DNA of 10,270 nt, taken from contig JACAFS010000035.1 in NCBI GenBank assembly GCA_013378385.1, positions 1 through 10,270 on the forward strand. Reading direction: 5' to 3'. The first letter of the stretch is position 1; every line of letters starts with the position of its first letter. Source of the stretch: Nitrososphaerota archaeon. GTDB lineage: Archaea; Thermoproteota; Nitrososphaeria; Nitrososphaerales; UBA57. The position numbers and the translations under genes are program-made. Below are positions 1-5,373 of the stretch, one piece after another. The notes under the pieces were generated by a model. That model was not told where the DNA came from, did no database searches, and saw only the letters and a list, made by a program, of their open reading frames with translations.

Positions 1-2
1 CA

Positions 3-155
3 TATCAAGTTAGTAAAGGAATGACAATCTTAGGAAGTTTTCCTGATGTAAACACGTCAATATTGAACATAATAGGTCTATGTGTAGTTGCAGTATTGCT
101 AGTAGTAGCGCACTTTACATTTTATGATAAAGAGATTTACACAACACAATTATAA
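3..155 (+). CDS. 3' end of a CDS entering from upstream (or a 44-aa small ORF from ATG 21); the C-terminus carries one hydrophobic helix
   Basis: Frame 3 is open from the window edge to TAA 153-155: YQVSKGMTILGSFPDVNTSILNIIGLCVVAVLLVVAHFTFYDKEIYTTQL. ILNIIGLCVVAVLLVVAHF looks like a C-terminal transmembrane anchor. It is not in the ORF track because it is short or partial. No family was recognised. Confidence 0.3.
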   Translation, partial: YQVSKGMTILGSFPDVNTSILNIIGLCVVAVLLVVAHFTFYDKEIYTTQL

Positions 156-181
156 AATAATAAGAAAATATCCTAATGCAG

Positions 182-1075
182 CTATTTGACTCGGTAATTT
201 TTGTAATGAATTATCGATTCTTCAGGAGTATTTTCGGCAAATTTATAACCTGAATCAAGTAATTTTTTAGGGAAAACTTTACTACTGCCATATAGAAGAT
301 TTGCAATTTCTCGTCCTAGAACCAATCTGGGAAGAATTTCTGGAATAGATAATATTGCAGGGCGGCGATAAACCTTACTTAACGCTTGATTAAACATGTG
401 ATTGGTTATGGGCTGAGGAGACACTAAATTAACTGGACCGTTAATATTGTCGTTCTGTATTACATGGAGAAGAATATTATTTAATTCATGCATTGAGATA
501 AATGGATAATACTGACGGCCATTACCAAAATCTGAGAATATTGGAAGTTTTAACAATATTAGATTCATTACCTTATCAATAACATTGCCAATACGAAGAT
601 TTACTGTTCTTATGCCAAGTTCTTTTACAGGCATAGTGGCAGTTTCCCAATCACTGCACATATCCGACCAGAATCCATTTCCTGCATTAGAAGACTCGTA
701 TAAATCAGTATTTCCCTGATCGCCGTAGTAACCTGTAGCTGACGCACAGAGAAAAACGTCGGGAGGTTTTTTTAATTTAGTTATCACATTAACTAAATTT
801 TTTGTTGTTTCGACTCGACTTGAATACAAAGCCTGTTTTACATTTTGAGTAATTCGTGTTATAGGAGAACGTCCTGACAGATGAATTATTACATCAAAAT
901 CTTCGAATTTATCTATGTTTAATACGTCCTCATATGGATTCCAAAATATACTAGAATCATCAACATGATCATTTTTTCTTACTAATTTTATTACGGAAAA
1001 TGATTCGCGTGTGATAAAATTTACAAAATTCTGGCCAATGAATCCAGTAGATCCGCTAATTAGTATTTTCTTCAT
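182..1075 (-). CDS. YfcH/TIGR01777-type NAD-dependent epimerase family protein (SDR39U1-like, epimerase domain plus DUF1731-like C-terminus)
   Basis: An N-terminal Rossmann motif MKKILISGSTGFIGQ is present. Family-typical blocks are FWNPYE, DVIIHLSGR, SRVETTKNLV, SATGYYG, WETAT, RTVNLRIG and GPVNLVSPQP. I place the start at M9 of the tracked ORF (ATG at 1075). That puts GxxGxxG at the N-terminus, and a TATA-like box lies about 26 nt upstream. Confidence 0.85.
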   Translation of the reverse strand: MKKILISGSTGFIGQNFVNFITRESFSVIKLVRKNDHVDDSSIFWNPYEDVLNIDKFEDFDVIIHLSGRSPITRITQNVKQALYSSRVETTKNLVNVITKLKKPPDVFLCASATGYYGDQGNTDLYESSNAGNGFWSDMCSDWETATMPVKELGIRTVNLRIGNVIDKVMNLILLKLPIFSDFGNGRQYYPFISMHELNNILLHVIQNDNINGPVNLVSPQPITNHMFNQALSKVYRRPAILSIPEILPRLVLGREIANLLYGSSKVFPKKLLDSGYKFAENTPEESIIHYKNYRVK

Positions 1076-1097
1076 ATGTAAAATATTTTTTATTATC

Positions 1098-1105
1098 ATT
1101 TATAA
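1098..1105 (-). promoter_or_regulatory. TATA-like box (TTATAAAT on the minus strand) for the epimerase gene; implies a leaderless mRNA
   Basis: The box is centred about 26 nt upstream of ATG 1075. This is the archaeal TATA-to-TSS spacing, so transcription would start at or near the start codon. Confidence 0.4.
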
Positions 1106-1133
1106 TACATATAGAAAATTCTTCATGGTGCCA

Positions 1134-1145
1134 AGAATTAATTCT
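1134..1145. promoter_or_regulatory. Perfect 12-bp palindrome AGAATTAATTCT in the divergent promoter region; candidate operator
   Basis: The sequence is its own reverse complement. A third AATTCT half-site lies at 1117-1122. Also, aattctt (1117-1123) and aagaatt (1133-1139) form a 7-bp inverted repeat with a 9-nt spacer. The palindrome sits between the two TATA boxes. Confidence 0.3.
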
Positions 1146-1157
1146 AGTGCTAAATAC

Positions 1158-1168
1158 TATATATATTA
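1158..1168 (+). promoter_or_regulatory. TATA box (TATATATATTA) for the B12-binding protein gene; leaderless
   Basis: The box is centred about 26 nt upstream of ATG 1189. There is no Shine-Dalgarno-like sequence in between. Confidence 0.5.
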
Positions 1169-1188
1169 GAATATGATTTAGTGTCTCA

Positions 1189-2046
1189 ATGGTCTACATA
1201 AGAAATAAACGAGTAAAAGGAATGAATTATTCGTACCTAGTAAGAAGCATCTGGGATAAGAAGAAAAAGGCATCAAAACAAGAAACGATAAAATATCTTG
1301 GGAGAACTGAGAAAATTACATTAGATAATATTCCAGAAGATTATAAAGATGACAAGAATGTAATTAAATTTTTTGCCAAGGATCAGAACTTATCAGGTAA
1401 AAATTATAATAAATATGTTGAAAAGGTGCGTAAAGATTTATTCAAAAAATTAGCAGGTCCTGGACCTGTTAACTTATCTATTGTATATGATGAATACAGT
1501 GATGATTTTTCAATACTAGAATTTTATGATAAAATAATGAAACACATTCTATATGACGTAGGTGATCTTTGGAGGCGAAATGAATTGATGATAGGAACAG
1601 AACACGTTGTGAGTAATAGATTACTTGGAATAATTAGTGATATGAATAAGAAAGACAAGAAGAAGAAGAAAAGATCTAAATTATTGATATGTAATCCTTC
1701 TGGTGAACGTCATAATATTGTATGTAATATGCTTGAATCGATATTAACTAACAAGGGTTATAATGTATACAACATATCTCCGTCGACTCCAAGCAAGGAT
1801 GTGATAAAATACGTAGAAAATATCGAACCAGATATGGTATTAGTATCTATAACACTGCCTGCAAATGTACAAAGTGGTATAAATCTTGTTAAGAACATAT
1901 CCAAAGAATATGACAAACCGATAGTAGTAGGAGGTCAGGCATTAACAGAAACCACCTCAAAGAGATTTCTACCAGCCATAGTAATGCCGAATGAAAATAC
2001 GTTAGAAGATAATTTGAAGGAAATTAAATATTTAGTTCCTGCTTAA
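1189..2046 (+). CDS. Cobalamin (B12)-binding domain protein with CarH-like sensor motifs and a basic N-terminal putative DNA-binding module
   Basis: The helical-cap motif is W128-x9-E138-H139 (DLWRRNELMIGTEHV). A K-rich linker follows (NKKDKKKKKRSK). The Rossmann B12 motif is E173-R-H175-N-I-V178, then x41, S220-I-T222, x25, G248-G249. N-terminal aa 1-40 are VYIRNKRVKGMNYSYLVRSIWDKKKKASKQETIKYLG. Confidence 0.8.
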   Translation: MVYIRNKRVKGMNYSYLVRSIWDKKKKASKQETIKYLGRTEKITLDNIPEDYKDDKNVIKFFAKDQNLSGKNYNKYVEKVRKDLFKKLAGPGPVNLSIVYDEYSDDFSILEFYDKIMKHILYDVGDLWRRNELMIGTEHVVSNRLLGIISDMNKKDKKKKKRSKLLICNPSGERHNIVCNMLESILTNKGYNVYNISPSTPSKDVIKYVENIEPDMVLVSITLPANVQSGINLVKNISKEYDKPIVVGGQALTETTSKRFLPAIVMPNENTLEDNLKEIKYLVPA

Positions 2047-2093
2047 CATAATCAGATTACGAAATACGTATACCATTAAGAAAGAGGAAGAAA

Positions 2094-2251
2094 TGGGGAC
2101 GGCAGGATTTGAACCCACGATCTCCCGGTCACTGCTGCTCCAAAGGTACATCATCCATTAAGTCAGTTTTACCTAAATTATACTATTAGCTTCTGGAGCC
2201 GTTAGCGGCACAACAAGTGCTGACGCCATAACCGAGCTAGGCTACGTCCCC
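2094..2251 (-). tRNA. tRNA-Trp (anticodon CCA) interrupted by two introns (20 nt at 2202..2221; 63 nt at 2130..2192); no encoded CCA tail
   Basis: The reverse complement folds as follows. Acceptor stem GGGGACG/CGTCCCC plus discriminator A. D arm GCCT-AGCTCGGTTA-TGGC. Anticodon stem TC+CGG / CCGGG, loop CTCCAGA with anticodon CCA = complement of tgg 2194-2196. Variable loop AGATC. T arm GTGGG-TTCAAAT-CCTGC. The spliced length is 75 nt. It closely resembles the Haloferax tRNA-Trp I recall (identical CUCCAGA loop). Both introns sit in bulge-helix-bulge contexts. Confidence 0.88.
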
Positions 2252-2276
2252 CCCTACTTCTTGAATTAATATTCAA

Positions 2277-2292
2277 GTTATAATATATATCG
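2277..2292 (-). promoter_or_regulatory. TATA-rich box (minus-strand CGATATATATTATAAC) upstream of tRNA-Trp
   Basis: The box is centred about 33 nt upstream of the tRNA 5' end (2251). That is consistent with a TSS giving a short 5' leader. Confidence 0.35.
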
Positions 2293-2304
2293 AATGTACC
2301 TATT

Positions 2305-2775
2305 TTAAATTAAAGAATTGCCATTGGAATCAATTATTCCTTTCTTAATACGAGTTGTTGAGATAGGAAGGCCATCTTTTGCATTAAGAAGTTCGATAAT
2401 TTCTCCATTAAGTCGAATTAAACCCCGAGATTTTCTTTCATCGTTTAAGGAGTTTAAACGATGAGAATTCTCAGAGGTTAGAACGATTACATCTATATTG
2501 TCTAGAAAACTTGCAGGTCCAAAGTAATCGTCGAGTTTATAGATATTATATGGAATATTTGGAAATGTGGATTTTATGAAATATTCTATACTCTTTGTTC
2601 GATTTTCGTAGTTATTAATGACAGTTTTATTTAATTTATTTACAAAATTATCAGAACTGACTCCGATTATTACTTCATCAGATATTCGAAATGTTGTTTC
2701 TAATAGATGTTTATGACCGATATGTAAAATATCAAATGTCCCGCCTACTGCGCCACGTTTGTATTTACTCATCAT
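2305..2775 (-). CDS. coaD: Archaeal-type phosphopantetheine adenylyltransferase (cytidylyltransferase superfamily, COG1019-like)
   Basis: The nucleotidyltransferase motif GGTFDILHIGHKHLL (HxGH) lies near the N-terminus. IGVSSD and the C-terminal ISTTRIKKGIIDSNGN resemble the archaeal PPAT sequences I recall. I place the start at the MM pair (ATG 2775), giving about 156 aa, the family-typical size. The 21-aa upstream extension in the track would leave only 23 bp for two divergent promoters. An RibL-type FMN adenylyltransferase is the alternative but fits less well. Confidence 0.75.
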   Translation of the reverse strand: MMSKYKRGAVGGTFDILHIGHKHLLETTFRISDEVIIGVSSDNFVNKLNKTVINNYENRTKSIEYFIKSTFPNIPYNIYKLDDYFGPASFLDNIDVIVLTSENSHRLNSLNDERKSRGLIRLNGEIIELLNAKDGLPISTTRIKKGIIDSNGNSLI

Positions 2776-2861
2776 GATATATACGACATGATTGGGATTT
2801 AGATGTATCTTAAGAATGTGAATAGATTTTATATTCAAGAAAATAAATTTAGAATCAAATA

Positions 2862-3767
2862 ATGGATAAACTGGAGATAGATGAAAGATTCGTTACGGCG
2901 GGAAAAATAGCGGCAACTGTTAGAGAACATTTTAAGAAAAAAGATTTAGTCGGAATGACAGTAAATCAAGTTTGTGAAGAAGTAGAATCAATGACAAGAA
3001 GATTGGGAGCGGAACCGGGTTTTCCATGTGGCGTATCAATCAATAGTGTTACTGCGCATTATAGTGGAGAATTATTTGACGATCAGACAATAAGAGATGA
3101 TGCCGTAATTAAATTAGATTTAGGAGCACATATTGATGGCTATGTAGCAGATACAGCTACAACAATCTGTTATGATCCAGATTATCAAGAATTAACATTA
3201 GCGACCGAAACAGCACTGAACAATGCGATAAAAGCTGTAAAGGATAAGATTTCTTCTTCCAATATAGGAAAAGTAATTTCTGATACGGCAGATAAATTTG
3301 GATTCATACCAATATCAAATCTTTCAGGTCATTCGATTGAGAGATTCAAAGTTCATGCAGGAGTTTCCATACCTAATGTATGGACGCCAGTAGGTTCAAG
3401 TTTAATAATAGGAAACGTATATGCAATCGAACCATTTCTTACCGTTAAAGATGGATCAGGACATGTTGTAGATGGTAAAACAAAAACAATTTACATGTTG
3501 ATAAAAAGAAAGAAGACCGGTGATAAGAAAATAGATGAATTTACAAAAAAGATTTGGGATAGCAGAAACACTCTACCATTTTCACCAAGATGGTATCTGG
3601 ACGATTATAAAAAGGAGGAATTGGATGCGATGTTGAATAAACTTGTAGCAAAGAAAATCATGCGCGTATATCCTGATTTATTAGAAGCAAATAATCAAAC
3701 GGTTGCCCAATTTGAACATACAATAACGCCTACAGAGAATGGGGCAGTAATTCTAACAAAGACTTAG
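2862..3767 (+). CDS. map: Methionine aminopeptidase, type 2 (archaeal MetAP)
   Basis: Metal-ligand blocks are KLDLGAHIDGYVADTATT, SGHSIERFKVHAG, YAIEPFLT and AQFEHTI. The protein has the inserted helical subdomain typical of type-2 enzymes and is 301 aa long. Confidence 0.9.
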   Translation: MDKLEIDERFVTAGKIAATVREHFKKKDLVGMTVNQVCEEVESMTRRLGAEPGFPCGVSINSVTAHYSGELFDDQTIRDDAVIKLDLGAHIDGYVADTATTICYDPDYQELTLATETALNNAIKAVKDKISSSNIGKVISDTADKFGFIPISNLSGHSIERFKVHAGVSIPNVWTPVGSSLIIGNVYAIEPFLTVKDGSGHVVDGKTKTIYMLIKRKKTGDKKIDEFTKKIWDSRNTLPFSPRWYLDDYKKEELDAMLNKLVAKKIMRVYPDLLEANNQTVAQFEHTITPTENGAVILTKT

Positions 3768-3976
3768 TTCTTTTTCTTTTTTATTTCTTCGCCGTATATT
3801 AAAGAAATCATAATGTTATTGTCGCAATCTTTGCATTTATCGAGAATTTTATGAACCAAATCTCCGTCTTTAAATTCTCTTTTAGTTGGTTTTTTACAGT
3901 TAATACATTCTTCAATTGTGTAGACTGTGAGTTTTTTTTGTTTCTTGTCGGGCGCGCCCATTATTGGTAATGACAT
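3764..3976 (-). CDS. Small (70 aa) zinc-ribbon protein, uncharacterised
   Basis: There are two CxxC knuckles (CINC at aa 25-28, CKDC at aa 48-51) and basic termini. The start codon directly abuts the stop of the upstream gene (minus strand ...CAG TAG ATG TCA...), which suggests translational coupling. Confidence 0.6.
   Translation of the reverse strand: MSLPIMGAPDKKQKKLTVYTIEECINCKKPTKREFKDGDLVHKILDKCKDCDNNIMISLIYGEEIKKKKN
3768..3790 (+). terminator. Oligo-T tract (ttctttttcttttttatttcttc) immediately after the map stop codon; candidate archaeal intrinsic terminator
   Basis: Runs of T5 and T6 start 1 nt after TAG 3765-3767. Archaeal termination is known to use oligo-T. On the opposite strand the same bases encode the lysine-rich tail (EEIKKKKN) of the zinc-ribbon protein. 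Confidence 0.35.
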
Positions 3977-5095
3977 CTACTGAATCACTCCTATGGTATT
4001 ACCAACGCCTACAATTATTACTTTATCGTTAGGCTTGGTTCTTTCGTCAATAATTCTATTAATAATATCATGAACAGAATCAACACTTTCTGCAATATCT
4101 TTGGTCATGATAGAGATCGCTTCAACAAGAGTCTGTTTTATAACTATTGCATAAACAGGGATGTTATTATTTGTAGCAGCCTCTTCAATTTTGAATTTAT
4201 CTACTCCAATTCCTCCTATTGCAGCTCCTATCCCTTCGGCAACTTCTCCTGTTTTTTCACCTTCTAGTCTCAGGGCAGCATCAATCATGATTAAAAGAGA
4301 TGGATTTTCTTTCTGAATTAACTCTTGAACCGCATTACCAGGTTGACCTACAGTTCCAGCAGGTCCTTTAGCAGTAACAAGAATTGCTTTACGTCCCGAT
4401 ATATCAGATTCGGCATAAACGGTATCTACAGCGATGTCATGTTTTTCATGCTGTAACATTAATTTACCAACAATCATAGGTCCAATCGCATCGCCGACAG
4501 GCTGATTCTTTTTGAATGTAGTCATTGCTTGGTTTAGTGCATCAGCTTGTAACATAAGAAATGGTATAATCATTTGTAATTGTGCGAGAAGAATAAAATT
4601 ATTTGTCTTTTTACCAACTAAATAGAAATGACGAACAATTTTATACACAAAGTTAAATGACGTGGCAATTTCAATAACATTCTCGACAGAGTTTGCCTTA
4701 AGTTCATCTAAATCAGGAAACAGTTGTTTGATTTCACTTTTCATTCGCATGTCTCGACTAGTCATGATATGATCAAGTTTATTTATCACACCGGCGGGAT
4801 CTAAATCAACAGGCATAATGGTAAAATATTCAAGAAATGAATCTAAGCGTTTTATTGTTTCTTCTTTGTTATCTATTCCTTCAGTAATATGATCAATAGT
4901 TTCTTGTCTTGACTTATCTCTCATTTCCTTTAGACGTCCAACAGTTTTGGATAAGTCATTAGTAATAAGCCAAGTTTGTAATTTTTGTCCGTATAAAATT
5001 AAAAGAGCTAACGGAAGATAAACAATTGCAAGATTAATAATTGGATTACTTGTTATTTGCGCGTTTCCTGCTCCAATTATAAATATTAGATCCAT
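3977..5095 (-). CDS. Conserved archaeal membrane-anchored protein of unknown function (DUF1512-like by recollection)
   Basis: The 372-aa ORF has an N-terminal hydrophobic helix (PIINLAIVYLPLALLILYG) and a charged helical region. The C-terminal alpha/beta-looking domain has glycine-rich segments (GPAGTVGQPGN, GIGAAIGGIGVD). Size and layout match my memory of Pfam DUF1512 (archaeal, about 370 aa). This was not verified. Confidence 0.7.
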   Translation of the reverse strand: MDLIFIIGAGNAQITSNPIINLAIVYLPLALLILYGQKLQTWLITNDLSKTVGRLKEMRDKSRQETIDHITEGIDNKEETIKRLDSFLEYFTIMPVDLDPAGVINKLDHIMTSRDMRMKSEIKQLFPDLDELKANSVENVIEIATSFNFVYKIVRHFYLVGKKTNNFILLAQLQMIIPFLMLQADALNQAMTTFKKNQPVGDAIGPMIVGKLMLQHEKHDIAVDTVYAESDISGRKAILVTAKGPAGTVGQPGNAVQELIQKENPSLLIMIDAALRLEGEKTGEVAEGIGAAIGGIGVDKFKIEEAATNNNIPVYAIVIKQTLVEAISIMTKDIAESVDSVHDIINRIIDERTKPNDKVIIVGVGNTIGVIQ

Positions 5096-5158
5096 AAAAT
5101 CAACTCAATTAAGACAGTTATGTTATCACTAGAAAATAAGCATTATCAGATAGAATAA

Positions 5159-5277
5159 AGTGCCGGCACCATTGCTTCACGAGACCGTTAGGACCTCACT
5201 AACACACTGGCGTCGACGGTCTTAACTTCTGGGTTCGGAATGGGACCAGGTGGAACCCCGTCGCTATGGCCGGCAAC
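5159..5277 (-). rRNA. 5S ribosomal RNA (stand-alone, not linked to 16S/23S in this window)
   Basis: The reverse complement reads TGCCGGCCATAGCGACGGGGTTCCACCTGGTCCCATTCCGAACCCAGAAGTTAAGACCGTCGACGCC...AATGGTGCCGGCA. It has the universal 5S blocks CCCAUUCCGAACC and GAAGUUAAG. The terminal helix I pairs TGCCGGC/GCCGGCA. It is a GC-rich island in AT-rich DNA. The ends are accurate to about +/-3 nt. Confidence 0.9.
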
Positions 5278-5373
5278 AATACATTATAAAAATTACACAT
5301 ACATTAACTTTTTCATTATTCACACGATAAAATCATATTAACGAAAGATAACTTATTAAATGCAGGTATAAAA

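Noticed and set aside
1076-1099. N-terminal extension MIIKNILH of the epimerase ORF
   Set aside because: The Rossmann GxxGxxG motif should sit at the extreme N-terminus. The extension would also place the TATA-like box (1098-1105) inside the coding region.
2047-2093. Possible integration (att) site or mobile-element border next to the tRNA 3' end
   Set aside because: There is no second copy of the tRNA 3' segment anywhere in the window. There is no integrase or transposase gene, and no compositional shift in the flanking genes.
2776-2838. 21-aa N-terminal extension (MNIKSIHILKIHLNPNHVVYI) of the PPAT ORF
   Set aside because: Homologues I recall start a few residues before the GGTFD motif. 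The extension would leave only 23 bp for two divergent promoters, and its sequence looks non-coding.
4070-4267. 65-aa ORF on the plus strand
   Set aside because: It lies entirely antisense to the well-supported 372-aa gene. Its composition is low-complexity and Phe/Ser/Asn-rich, typical of reverse-strand reading of AT-rich coding DNA. It has no promoter or motif support.
5284-5292. TTTTTATAA (minus) as the 5S rRNA promoter TATA box
   Set aside because: It lies only about 11 nt from the mature 5S 5' end, which is incompatible with the about 26-nt TATA-to-TSS spacing. It is kept only as an open question in the findings, not as a feature.
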